IMG/VR virus record: IMGVR_UViG_3300014204_000151
Coordinates: 21,938 to 85,937 of that record
Strand: one strand, 5' to 3'
From: a virus
Taxonomy: Duplodnaviria; Caudoviricetes
DNA: 64,000 bases
How positions within the stretch are numbered: position 1 is the stretch's first letter; the number at the start of each line of letters is the position of its first letter. Positions 48,591-58,609 of the stretch are shown here, one piece after another. The position numbers were made by a program, and so were the translations under genes. The notes under the pieces were generated by a model. That model had not been told where the DNA came from. It did not search any database and saw nothing but the letters and a program-made list of their open reading frames with translations.

Positions 48591-50231
48591 TTATTTCTTT
48601 TTCCAAGTTTTAGATTCTTTATCGTAAACATATCCCTGTTTTTTCATACATCTCTGAGCCGCGGAATTAGCTATACTTAAACTTTTAGCCTCATTCCCAG
48701 TCTCTTCATAAACAGAATTAAAAGTAGCCATAAATGTTTCTTGACATTTTACTGTCATTTTTTTTATATATTCGGGAAGTTCATCTAAATTTTTATAAGG
48801 AGCTTCCTCTAATACTTTTTCCGCTTTATTCATAGTAGTCGGCTTCTTTTCTTTTTCAGTATTTTTTTCAATCTGTTTCTTTGTAGTTGGAATAACTGCG
48901 TCCACACCTTTATCTTCACTATTTTGAATCAAATGCGGATAATAAATTTCTCTTAATCCATCAGACCACTCTTTTTTCATTCTCTCCAATTCCTGGTCTG
49001 GATCTATCCCCAATACCTCTTGATAAGTCTGAACACTTATTGTACCATAAATATAAGCAGAACGAATATCATCTAAAATTAATGAGGTATTTATATTCAA
49101 CGGCGTATTAACAACTTTCAAATAATTTTTATCACTAAATAATTTTTTATGGTCATATTTATTTTCAACTATAATTAATCGAATAACATCCATTAACATA
49201 GACTTAAATCCATCAACCCCCGCATTAACCTCAGCAACAAACGGTTTTGGATTTATTACTTCCTGCTCTCTTGTATTTCCAACTCCTTGCATTACACCCA
49301 CAAAACCTAAACCGGCAAGAATCGCTCGGTATCCCTGCCGATACAATTCCTCAGACAACATACCCTTTAAATCTGGAATCAAATGACTATATTTTTGGTC
49401 AAATGGAACCGCGTTTACCGGAATATCACCTTTATAACCCTTATATTTTTCTAAAGCAGTTTTAAAACTGTCTACCAATGTTTTTAATTCATCATTAGTA
49501 TAATCTACATCTTTTTGTAAGAAAACATCTTTATCTCCCTTTTCAATCATAAATAAATAAGGAAGAACTTTACTAATAACCTCATCAGACTTTTCTGATA
49601 AAACTTCCAACCCTCTAAAATTTTTATAAACACCCTTTTTAATTAAATAACTCGTGGGATATTTAGTATACCACCGAGAATATGGTTTTTGTATAATAAT
49701 CTTTTCTTCTTTTTTTGCCGGAACGCTTATTTTCATTGCTTCATCTAAATAATAAGCATCTGAGCCTAATTTAAAATTCTTTTCATTTGTTCTCTTAATA
49801 AAAACAGACCCACCATTTACAAACCATAAAACCGTAGGAACTGTTATAGAATTGTTTCCAATTGATATTTTTTTCCATTGACTCAACCTCATTAAACACA
49901 AAGAAGAACCGGCCCAGCGTTCTTTATAATATTCTAAGGCCAACTCTTTTATTCCTGTAGGAACTCCATCTATATTTACATTTATATTTTCTAACCAAAG
50001 AGATAATAAATCTTCCAAAGTCTGATCTGAGCTTTCAATTTTAAACTGTGCTTCGGATGCAGAATTAATAGCATAATCGGTAATTGTTGATATTACTCCG
50101 GTTATATCATTTCCAAGCATTATATTAACAGCACTAACCTGCCCGTGAAAATCTGAAGGAATAGAAATTTCACCGGTCTTATAAAGATACTCTAAAAATT
50201 TTTCAAATAATCCAGTCGCTAATCCCGCCAT
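48591..50231 (-). CDS. Portal protein with C-terminal ChaB-like domain
   Basis: Directly after terL, 546 aa; tail APYKNLDELP...Q..F...FNS.Y...A matches ChaB. Confidence 0.7.
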   Translation of the reverse strand: MAGLATGLFEKFLEYLYKTGEISIPSDFHGQVSAVNIMLGNDITGVISTITDYAINSASEAQFKIESSDQTLEDLLSLWLENINVNIDGVPTGIKELALEYYKERWAGSSLCLMRLSQWKKISIGNNSITVPTVLWFVNGGSVFIKRTNEKNFKLGSDAYYLDEAMKISVPAKKEEKIIIQKPYSRWYTKYPTSYLIKKGVYKNFRGLEVLSEKSDEVISKVLPYLFMIEKGDKDVFLQKDVDYTNDELKTLVDSFKTALEKYKGYKGDIPVNAVPFDQKYSHLIPDLKGMLSEELYRQGYRAILAGLGFVGVMQGVGNTREQEVINPKPFVAEVNAGVDGFKSMLMDVIRLIIVENKYDHKKLFSDKNYLKVVNTPLNINTSLILDDIRSAYIYGTISVQTYQEVLGIDPDQELERMKKEWSDGLREIYYPHLIQNSEDKGVDAVIPTTKKQIEKNTEKEKKPTTMNKAEKVLEEAPYKNLDELPEYIKKMTVKCQETFMATFNSVYEETGNEAKSLSIANSAAQRCMKKQGYVYDKESKTWKKK

Positions 50232-50242
50232 AATTTATCTCC

Positions 50243-51877
50243 TTAGAATGACCCCAACCCCGGCTTTTTTGGATCTTTTTGTACTGTTAATATTGGTAAT
50301 TGCTCTGTCAACCACTCAAGAACCGCGAACACCTGCATCCCTTGCAAATAGTGATCCTCAGTAGTAGAACCGTAAACTATCCTATTACCGGAAACTGTAC
50401 TAACATAAGAAGAAAATTGATTATCAAATTTATAATCATCATCCGGTATGTCAAACTTTCTATCAAAAAATAACTCGTTCAATCTTCTTACTGAAAAAAC
50501 TAATGCATTTTCTTTTTTTTCTATAACATTGCCTTTGTTATCTCGTATAACTCTTCCTTTTTCGTTTTTTTCAAATCCTGTAACTATATCTTCATTAAAA
50601 GCACAATAATGAACTCTTCTATTAACCTTAGTCAACATTCCTTTATCATCGAATTCTTTATCATTAAGCCTTTCACTTAAAATTTCATAAACCGGCTTAC
50701 CTAAAATTGTCGAGTCAACGGCCAAAAAGTTTCCACCAACTTGTCTAAAAATATATTCTATAACATCCGGCAATTCTTGTGTCAAAGATAAACGATACGT
50801 AGTAATATTATAAATTAAATGATATTTTTTATTAATTAAAGCTATAACACATATTTCTGTTGCCGCTGTATCTCCAATATCAGCCGTTACAAAGATTTTA
50901 CTTGCTTGTGGTAATCTATCTAAAACTAATAAAGATTTAAAATAGTTAATATTATTCTTGGTTATTTCAAATCTTTTAATTGTACGCTTTTTATTATAAC
51001 AAGCTCTTACATTTTCCAAATCAAAGGCCCCGGATGCCCCCTCGACTAAATCTGCCGCCACATTAATTTTATAACTGGAGGTTTCTTTTCCTCCATAGTC
51101 TCTAATTCTTCTTTCTTTAGTTGCTTCATCCCATAAATGACTAACATATTGAGGTAGTCTAATTAAACTTTTTTTAAAACTTCTATCATGCAAAATCCTA
51201 CCAAGGGGAGATGTTTTTGTAACCAACGGAATTCCACAAAAAATTTCTAAACTTCCAAAATCAGAAACAGCGTCCACTTTATGTGTATAAGCCGTTTCTG
51301 TCTCTGCTTGAATTTCATCTTGAAAAATTATATGGAAATGGTGTCCCCAAAAATTTTCGCCGGGGGATTTTCCCTTTGTAGTTTCATTGATACCAAACAA
51401 TTTATTCCCATTTTTTGTTTCTATTAAATATTCTGGGCTTCCTGTTATTCTTTGTTTATAACTTTTATAAAAATTATGATAACCAATAAACTCTTTAACA
51501 CTATCCATTACTTTAGAAACATGTTTTTCATCATAACTTGCCATTGCAATTTCTAAATCACTGTAATGAACAATCTTCATTAAAATGTTTGCAACCAAAC
51601 CGCAAAAGGTCTTACCTATCTTCCTCGCCGACACTATAATTTTCGTTCCTACTGCTATACGTTTTCTAAAATTTTCTAACTCTGATAATCTATCATCATC
51701 TTCTAACGCAGAATCAAATCCGAAAAACGGCCTTTGGTATGCCCTAATAGAAATACACGGTTTTTTATCGTTCCAATTTTTAGGCGTTCCTTTGGAAAAA
51801 GTTGATTCTATAAAACACCTAACATCAAAAAATCGTTCACAAAAAAATAATTCTTCTTCTGTTAAATTTTTTATCAT
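50243..51877 (-). CDS. terL: Terminase large subunit
   Basis: Walker A SARKIGKT, Walker B IIFQDE, RNase H-like ADIG and EDH acidic motifs. Confidence 0.88.
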   Translation of the reverse strand: MIKNLTEEELFFCERFFDVRCFIESTFSKGTPKNWNDKKPCISIRAYQRPFFGFDSALEDDDRLSELENFRKRIAVGTKIIVSARKIGKTFCGLVANILMKIVHYSDLEIAMASYDEKHVSKVMDSVKEFIGYHNFYKSYKQRITGSPEYLIETKNGNKLFGINETTKGKSPGENFWGHHFHIIFQDEIQAETETAYTHKVDAVSDFGSLEIFCGIPLVTKTSPLGRILHDRSFKKSLIRLPQYVSHLWDEATKERRIRDYGGKETSSYKINVAADLVEGASGAFDLENVRACYNKKRTIKRFEITKNNINYFKSLLVLDRLPQASKIFVTADIGDTAATEICVIALINKKYHLIYNITTYRLSLTQELPDVIEYIFRQVGGNFLAVDSTILGKPVYEILSERLNDKEFDDKGMLTKVNRRVHYCAFNEDIVTGFEKNEKGRVIRDNKGNVIEKKENALVFSVRRLNELFFDRKFDIPDDDYKFDNQFSSYVSTVSGNRIVYGSTTEDHYLQGMQVFAVLEWLTEQLPILTVQKDPKKPGLGSF

Positions 51878-51880
51878 AAT

Positions 51881-52633
51881 TTATTCTGACTTCTCTTCTT
51901 CAACTTCAGATTTATCTTTATCAATAGGATAATTTAATTGTATCCATTGAATGTAGTCTTGTGAAGCATTTAAATATCTTGCCGCTTGGTCAATAGAAAT
52001 TTTCTTTAATTCTAAATCAATAAAAATTTGCTTATTGAATAAAATACCTCCATCTATAAACCACGGATGAGATACTACTTCATCTTTTTCTTTATCCAAC
52101 CTTCTTCTAATTAACATTATTTCACCACAAGAACTACACGCTACCTCAAAATTACTCCGGTTCTCCGGTCTATTTATCCATTTATGAAATCTTTCTTTTA
52201 AATCTTCTATTACATGAGAAGAATCTTTTTTTTCACCCTTTTTTTGTACTAATCCTAATCGCTCCTTTAAACTCATTATTTGGTCGTTTAAAGAAGCCAT
52301 CTGGTCTAACATCTGTAACGGTATTGCTCTATTAACTTTTTGATATTCTATATTTAATAATAATTTTACTCTTTCTATTACTATTTCTAAATCTATTAAT
52401 TGTCTTAATGTATCTTTATCTACTGTAGTTTCTATGCTTCCTTCTTTTAAATATTGTTGTAATAATTCTGACGCAAATTTTCTTTCGTCATCATTAACAC
52501 AAAAAGTTAAACTTCCTAATATTTCTTCTCTCTCAAACTGTTCTTTTGCCAAAATATTAATTTCTTCTTCTGGCTTATCTTTATTTTGTTTGAGATTCTT
52601 TATTCTTTTTTTTATTGATTCAAAATTTGACAT
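51881..52633 (-). CDS. Putative terminase small subunit
   Basis: Helical, immediately upstream of terL; synteny only. Confidence 0.4.
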   Translation of the reverse strand: MSNFESIKKRIKNLKQNKDKPEEEINILAKEQFEREEILGSLTFCVNDDERKFASELLQQYLKEGSIETTVDKDTLRQLIDLEIVIERVKLLLNIEYQKVNRAIPLQMLDQMASLNDQIMSLKERLGLVQKKGEKKDSSHVIEDLKERFHKWINRPENRSNFEVACSSCGEIMLIRRRLDKEKDEVVSHPWFIDGGILFNKQIFIDLELKKISIDQAARYLNASQDYIQWIQLNYPIDKDKSEVEEEKSE

Positions 52634-52634
52634 A

Positions 52635-53864
52635 TTAATTTGATACTCCTGATATTTTTTTTATAGAAGCAATTGCTATTCCACTTATTTTCAAAATAGA
52701 AGATTTAACAACATTTATTACTTTTTTAATCAAAGAAGTATCCCCATACATATTATCAATATAAAACGTATTTGCCGCATCTGCGTTTTCTATTGTAAGT
52801 ATAATCTTATCAATTGCATTTTTATTTTCGTCAGAAACTGCTGATATATCCAAAACTACTTCTTGGAAAGTATCTGCTGAAACTATATTCGGAGTAATTT
52901 CAGTAGTTGTACCACCTGAATCATGTAGCCCCACCTTAATATTACTTCCTGTCCTACTTGCTCTTGCGTCAAACTTTACTGTGTTTTTACCTGATAAATC
53001 TATTGGTGAAGAAATAGTACGAGTTAAAGTTTTATTGAGGCTGTCTGTTTGTGCGGCTATTCCTTTGAGAGAGTAAGAACCTTGTGTTTTAATGGTGGAT
53101 TCGGAGTAAGCCAATAAATTATTTGTAGAAGGACTATACGGACTCGTAGGAGGAGTAAAATTAGAAGTCCAACGAGCTATACCTTTTGATATACGAAATT
53201 CATCTATCCATCCATTGACATAACTCAGAACATGACCTATTGATAGACTCACGGATAAATTTCCCACATCATTAGTACTAAAAGACGTATACGTAGTTAT
53301 TGTTTGCGCTACACCATTTACAAATATATATGCACTAGATCCATTTCTTACAAAAGCAAGATGATACCAAGTATTAGTACTTGGGCTCCAATTACCAGTC
53401 ATTTGATAATTACCTCTCCAAACTCCGCCAGAGATAAAATTCATAGTGAGTTTATGCCCATTCGGGGCATTACACTTATATAATACCCACATATTATTAT
53501 CGTCAACTCTTTGACCTATAAAATCTGCCCAATCTGAAACATCTGCCCATTTCACCCAAAAATCTACAGTAAAATTTCCTGTACCAAAATACCAATTATC
53601 AGAATCAGGCAAAGACACGTAATCAGAATTACCATCTAATAAAAGTGACGCATTTTCAAATACACTCTGGGCAGTATCAAGTTGAGCTGTGCCATAAAAA
53701 GTATATGCTCCTGCTACAGGGTCTGTAAAAGAGGTTGCTCCATCATCCCCATCAAAATGACTAACTAGTTTAGTATAACTATCATAAGTATCACTTGTTA
53801 CATATTTTGCTTGTATCAAACCATTTGAAGAATACTCATAATAATCGAGTTCTATTATAGACAT
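52635..53864 (-). CDS. LamG/concanavalin-like lectin-domain virion protein
   Basis: YTKLVSHFDG, FTVDFW, WYHLAFVR, GWIDEFRISKG. Confidence 0.85.
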   Translation of the reverse strand: MSIIELDYYEYSSNGLIQAKYVTSDTYDSYTKLVSHFDGDDGATSFTDPVAGAYTFYGTAQLDTAQSVFENASLLLDGNSDYVSLPDSDNWYFGTGNFTVDFWVKWADVSDWADFIGQRVDDNNMWVLYKCNAPNGHKLTMNFISGGVWRGNYQMTGNWSPSTNTWYHLAFVRNGSSAYIFVNGVAQTITTYTSFSTNDVGNLSVSLSIGHVLSYVNGWIDEFRISKGIARWTSNFTPPTSPYSPSTNNLLAYSESTIKTQGSYSLKGIAAQTDSLNKTLTRTISSPIDLSGKNTVKFDARASRTGSNIKVGLHDSGGTTTEITPNIVSADTFQEVVLDISAVSDENKNAIDKIILTIENADAANTFYIDNMYGDTSLIKKVINVVKSSILKISGIAIASIKKISGVSN

Positions 53865-53955
53865 ATTAGAGTCCCTTTGTTAACTTCTTTACCAAAATGT
53901 AATAATAGGTGTGTATAGTATGCCATTATTTTGTTTGTTTATACCTTTTTTCAAT

Positions 53956-54636
53956 TTACACATGCTCCACCTGAACTAACGAAGGATTAAAAAATATTAA
54001 CTTCGTTGTTTTTGCCCATCCCAATACTTGAATAACATTATTTGTAGCACTCGGAGCAGTATTTGTCATTTTTCCCGCTGTTGCTGCACTTAAATATATA
54101 AAACTTCCTGCTGTTAAAGCATCCCAAGAATCATTTCTTGCAAATCCTAATACTAGAAATGTTTTAGTATCTGAAGCATTTCCAGCCTCTGTTGCTAATA
54201 CTACTGCTGAAGCATTTGCTATTGCATCTGCTTTAGCTAATTGCGCTTCTCCATCAGCATTTATATAACACACATCTCCTTGTGCTATTGTTTCATGGCA
54301 TACTAATGTTGTTTTTATTCCTTCAAAAGTATCATCTGCTGGAGTTGAGTTTATTATTAAATTTGATAATAATTTTTTCCAAGAAGAAATATATTCATAA
54401 TGTATTCCTTCATCAACTACATAAACAACCATCCCCGCAATCGCAGAAGTAGAATCCCAAGTAGAACCATTATACGTAACTATTTTTCCATCTAATCCAG
54501 CCCATGCTCCAGACCCCGTTCCATAAATTAAATACCTATCGCCCTTTGATGCCGCTGGAGGCGATGTTAAATCTTTATCTATAACAGACTTTTGCCAAAG
54601 AAAACTATCAAGGCTTGGGATTTTATAACTCGACAT
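53956..54636 (-). CDS. DUF2793-like domain plus capsid-cement-like domain protein
   Basis: KGDRYLI...GAWAG...W; GDVCYI...A.ADA...G...L...G..T pattern. Confidence 0.65.
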   Translation of the reverse strand: MSSYKIPSLDSFLWQKSVIDKDLTSPPAASKGDRYLIYGTGSGAWAGLDGKIVTYNGSTWDSTSAIAGMVVYVVDEGIHYEYISSWKKLLSNLIINSTPADDTFEGIKTTLVCHETIAQGDVCYINADGEAQLAKADAIANASAVVLATEAGNASDTKTFLVLGFARNDSWDALTAGSFIYLSAATAGKMTNTAPSATNNVIQVLGWAKTTKLIFFNPSLVQVEHV

Positions 54637-54648
54637 GATTTTTCTCTC

Positions 54649-56376
54649 TTATAATTTGATACTGTCTACTAATAATATATAACTTCCTGTCAATTCTCCA
54701 CCTTCAAACCATCCGTTGTTTTTCCAATTAAAACGAATTATATTTTTTATTTTCAGAACATCTTTGTATCTAAGATAAACTAATTTATCGCTATAAGTAC
54801 GAAGATGTGCCACATCTGAAAATGATGGAACAGAAAATAAAACTCTTTTTCCACTTTCAATATTTTGTAAAATTTTTAAATCATCTAAATGCTCAAACGT
54901 TTCTGTTGAAACAAATGTATCATAATTACCTTTATAATTTTTTTTGTTGTAAGCATCCCCCTGCCAAACATTTTTATTATTTGAAATCTCTACTGCTTTT
55001 GGTGAGAAATCAAATCCACTATAATTTTGTACAAACTTTTGTAGAAATCCACAACCACAACCAATATCTAAAACTTTTTCTTCTCCTACCATTTTACCTA
55101 TTTTATCATAAAGTTGATAATATCTTAGCATATTACTATCAGAACTAAATAAATTATCATAATAATCAGAACATTTTTCTACTTTCTTTCTTAACGTTAA
55201 AACATTATTACTATTTGCCAAGTTTGCATATTCTGTCCACTTTGCTTTATTATTTGGCCCACATAATTCTGCCATAAACTCTAAAGCCTCTGCAAAATCA
55301 GCATTTATTTTTATTGCTTGTAAACAGGCGTCTTTTGCTTCATCGTTTTTATTTATTGCCCAATAACATCTCGCCAACATCAACCAGGCTTCAGACCATT
55401 CTGGTGGCCAAAACGCTCTTGTTAAATAATCTTTATACCAATAAATAGCCGTAATATAATCTTTTCTATACCAGTACTCTCTTGCTAAATAAAAAACTTC
55501 TCTTACTAATTCTGGATTTTTTTCAACTTCTTTTTTTAAAATTCTTAAGGCCCTATCTGGGTCATTCTCATGTGCTTTACTATAACCATAAGTTATTTTT
55601 ATATCGGACTTATTGTTGTCTGAAACATTTAAATAATTATGAATAGCTCCACACCAATAAACTTCTTCGCATTTTTTAAATAGTCTTGGAAAGAAAAATT
55701 CGCTTCCCTCGATATTTGCAACCATTATAATATTGATAGTTTTTTGATTATTATTTTCTGCAACATCAATTGCTTTTTTTATTCTATCAACGCCATTTTC
55801 CATCAAAACTTCATCACAATCAATTGATAATACCCAATCTCCACTTGCTTTAGATAATGCTAAATTTCTTGCCTCTGCAAAATTATCATTCCACTTGTAT
55901 TCATTTTCAAAAACTTTATCAGTATAGTTTCTTGCTATCTCACAAGTTTTATCAGTAGAACCTGTATCCAAAATAATAATTTCATCTATACCAACTAAAC
56001 TTTTTAAACACTTTTCAATACAAGACTCTTCATTCTTACAAATTAAAACCGCTGATAATTTTAATTCTTGTTTCTCTATTTTTTCAAAATGAAATCCGCA
56101 TCCTTCAAATAAATTTTCTGGCAAATAAGGAAACATTGAACACAGCGTACATCTTTTTTCATAATTATTACATTTTTTTGTTTCTAAATCTAAATGAATA
56201 CATGGAGTATTAGCAATATCAATAACATCCATTGTGTTTTTTTCTAAATTAGTTGAATAAGATGTAACCGGATTGCAACACCGACCACAATTATTACATT
56301 TGCCAACTAATTTCAACCCTCTGGATTTTCTTGCGTTCTCTATAAAAGATTTAAATATTTTATCTTTATTTTCCAT
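54649..56376 (-). CDS. YkgJ (CxxCxxCC) - GT2 - TPR - SAM methyltransferase fusion
   Basis: CNNCGRCC; ICKNEE, DTGSTD, F..ARN, SIDCDE; TPR helices FYLAREY; VLDIGCGCG, ETFEHL. Confidence 0.88.
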   Translation of the reverse strand: MENKDKIFKSFIENARKSRGLKLVGKCNNCGRCCNPVTSYSTNLEKNTMDVIDIANTPCIHLDLETKKCNNYEKRCTLCSMFPYLPENLFEGCGFHFEKIEKQELKLSAVLICKNEESCIEKCLKSLVGIDEIIILDTGSTDKTCEIARNYTDKVFENEYKWNDNFAEARNLALSKASGDWVLSIDCDEVLMENGVDRIKKAIDVAENNNQKTINIIMVANIEGSEFFFPRLFKKCEEVYWCGAIHNYLNVSDNNKSDIKITYGYSKAHENDPDRALRILKKEVEKNPELVREVFYLAREYWYRKDYITAIYWYKDYLTRAFWPPEWSEAWLMLARCYWAINKNDEAKDACLQAIKINADFAEALEFMAELCGPNNKAKWTEYANLANSNNVLTLRKKVEKCSDYYDNLFSSDSNMLRYYQLYDKIGKMVGEEKVLDIGCGCGFLQKFVQNYSGFDFSPKAVEISNNKNVWQGDAYNKKNYKGNYDTFVSTETFEHLDDLKILQNIESGKRVLFSVPSFSDVAHLRTYSDKLVYLRYKDVLKIKNIIRFNWKNNGWFEGGELTGSYILLVDSIKL

Positions 56377-56386
56377 TATTTTTTTT

Positions 56387-56412
56387 GGGAAGGGAGAAAT
56401 TAATCTCCCCTC
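56387..56412. repeat. Conserved hairpin, copy 3 (after the collagen gene)
   Basis: GGGAAGGGAGA-AATTAA-TCTCCCCTC. Confidence 0.8.
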
Positions 56413-56431
56413 TTTTATTGTAACTATATTT

Positions 56432-57517
56432 TTACCAAGTGGTTATGATTAAACATCCGTAATCGGAGTCAAACGTGGCTCCAGCTAACCCAGTTGCACC
56501 TTTTGCACCTGTGGCTCCAGTAGCCCCAGTTGCACCTGTGGCTCCGGTAGCACCAGTTGCACCTTTAGTACCCTGCGCACCCTTCGTACCCTGAATACCC
56601 TGGTCACCCTTAGTACCCTGAGCACCTGTTGCGCCTGTAGCTCCGGTTGCGCCTGTGGCTCCGGTTGCACCAGTTGCACCTTTAGTACCCTGCGCACCCT
56701 TCGTACCCTGAATACCCTGGTCACCCTTAGTACCCTGAGCACCTGTTGCGCCTGTTACACCTTTTTCAACAAATAAATCCCAATGTTCTGTATCTGTAGG
56801 AAGTTCTGTTGTAGCTGAAGCAATACAAATATATCCACTACCTAAATATTCTACACAATCATTAACATCATAAGGCCCAGGAGAAACCCAAGCACCCTTC
56901 CAAACATATTGAGTACCATCAGCACCTGTTGCGCCTGTAGCTCCGGTTGCGCCTGTGACCCCGGTAGCACCAGTTGCACCTTTAGTACCTTGCGCACCCT
57001 TCGTACCCTGAATACCCTGGTCACCCTTAGTACCCTGAGCACCTGTTGCGCCTGTAGCTCCGGTTGCGCCTTTAGTACCCTGCACACCCTTCGTACCCTG
57101 AATACCTTGATCGCCCTTAGTACCCTGAGCACCGGTTGCGCCTGTAGCTCCGGTTGCGCCTGTAGCTCCGGTTGCGCCTGTGGCTCCGGTTGCGCCTTTA
57201 GTACCCTGTGCACCCTTCGTACCCTGAATACCTTGCTGACCTAAATATTCTGACCAAGCAGACCCGTTATATTTCCAAAATTCACCAAGAGCAACTATCC
57301 AAGCAACCATTCCTGCTCTTGGAGTAATAAATTGCCAAGTCGCTCCATCATAATAAGTAATATAATTCTCTTTCCCAGCCCAAGCATCTTCTGCTGTAGC
57401 AATAATTAAATACCTATTACCTTTTGTTGGAGTTAACCCAACCGGAGTATTTCTACGAGAAATAACACTCTCTTGCCACTCGAATTGTTCCAAAATTGGC
57501 ACTCTGTAATTTGCCAT
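56432..57517 (-). CDS. Collagen-like virion fibre with DUF2793-like N-terminus and internal carbohydrate-binding-like module
   Basis: Two Gly-X-Y tracts of GAT/GTK/GAQ; WKGAW...YDVND.V.Y.GS.YIC...HWDL insert. Confidence 0.9.
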   Translation of the reverse strand: MANYRVPILEQFEWQESVISRRNTPVGLTPTKGNRYLIIATAEDAWAGKENYITYYDGATWQFITPRAGMVAWIVALGEFWKYNGSAWSEYLGQQGIQGTKGAQGTKGATGATGATGATGATGATGATGAQGTKGDQGIQGTKGVQGTKGATGATGATGAQGTKGDQGIQGTKGAQGTKGATGATGVTGATGATGATGADGTQYVWKGAWVSPGPYDVNDCVEYLGSGYICIASATTELPTDTEHWDLFVEKGVTGATGAQGTKGDQGIQGTKGAQGTKGATGATGATGATGATGATGAQGTKGDQGIQGTKGAQGTKGATGATGATGATGATGATGAKGATGLAGATFDSDYGCLIITTW

Positions 57518-57834
57518 TTTTTATTTTCCTCTAATCATAATTATCTTTTTTTATTTTTATAATATTTTATCTTTTGTTATTATTAATCCTAATTTTTTTA
57601 TCTCATCAATATTAAATTCCCTTATCTTTACCAAATTAAATTAATATGGTTTTTTAGGGGTTCCAGATTAAGTAACAACGAAGATCCTCATCATATTCTA
57701 TATCCGAATAATACAAAAAATCTTGCGCCCATAATCTTATTACTTGCTGGATAGTAGTAATAACATTCTTTCTTTCTAAAACTATTGTTGATTTTTTATA
57801 ATCAATACTATAAGAACTTCGCATAGTTAATTCC

Positions 57835-58218
57835 TTATTCTTTATCAGTCCAATCTATCAGCGTCGGTAATAATCTAAAACAATCTAATGGTAGTGTATA
57901 TTTTTTACCATCTGACTTTTCTATTTGTAACTGGAATTCATAATCTTGAGGGGCGGGAAGCGCACCCGATTCTTCCCCCGTTATCATTACAATAAAAGTA
58001 CCACTCGTAGCATCTGTTATTAAAATTTGGTCATCTCCACCGCCGGTAACATTTGCTGTTGCTTTTTTTATTTCAACTGTTGTATCCACCAATTGAAAAC
58101 GAATCTTTGCTCCAGTTAAATCCCAATAAACATCGTTACGTTTATCGGTATATAAAACAAATAAAAGTTCAATACTATCGTCAGTATAATAAATGTGAGA
58201 AGCGGGAACCCCAGCCAT
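57835..58218 (-). CDS. BppU-like (baseplate upper protein N-terminal) protein
   Basis: DLTGA.I.F...I...SG.F.V.I..E...L...YEFQLQI pattern. Confidence 0.65.
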   Translation of the reverse strand: MAGVPASHIYYTDDSIELLFVLYTDKRNDVYWDLTGAKIRFQLVDTTVEIKKATANVTGGGDDQILITDATSGTFIVMITGEESGALPAPQDYEFQLQIEKSDGKKYTLPLDCFRLLPTLIDWTDKE

Positions 58219-58231
58219 GTTATTTTTCCAA

Positions 58232-58417
58232 TCAAAAATTTATGTTATCAGGTTCAAATTTTAATTTTTTATAGTAATCTTCTTTATCTTTTTTTGTTTT
58301 ACAAATAGAAACACTTTCCTGCTCATTTGCAGAACAGGAATCACAAATATATGAACAAAAGTATAAACACTTTTTACAATTTACAATTTTACTCATTAAC
58401 TTTTTCTTCCACTTCAA
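58232..58417 (-). CDS. Small Cys-rich protein
   Basis: CKKC..C...CDSC. Confidence 0.4.
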   Translation of the reverse strand: MKWKKKLMSKIVNCKKCLYFCSYICDSCSANEQESVSICKTKKDKEDYYKKLKFEPDNINF

Positions 58418-58589
58418 AAACCGTTTCTTTTTCAGGAATAACTTCTAATTCAGTTGTACCGACTGTAACAATTTTATTTTTACTACCAACCGGTCGCCCT
58501 CTTTTTCCTTTTGGTTTATCAGCTAACATTTTTAAGTAAGCTTCTTTTTCTTCCGGTGTACGATTTTTACTTCCTTTTCGACGGGACAT
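58389..58589 (-). CDS. AT-hook-like DNA-binding protein
   Basis: RKGSKN and KRGRPVGSKNK motifs; AAGGAG SD. Confidence 0.6.
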   Translation of the reverse strand: MSRRKGSKNRTPEEKEAYLKMLADKPKGKRGRPVGSKNKIVTVGTTELEVIPEKETVFEVEEKVNE

Positions 58590-58609
58590 TATTATCTCCT
58601 TTTTATCTT

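Noticed and set aside
53855-53926. 23-aa ORF MAYYTHLLLHF resembling the start of a LamG domain
   Set aside because: Too short to support; at most a remnant
56485-57244. Alternative-frame ORFs within the collagen gene
   Set aside because: Low-complexity by-products of the Gly-X-Y repeat
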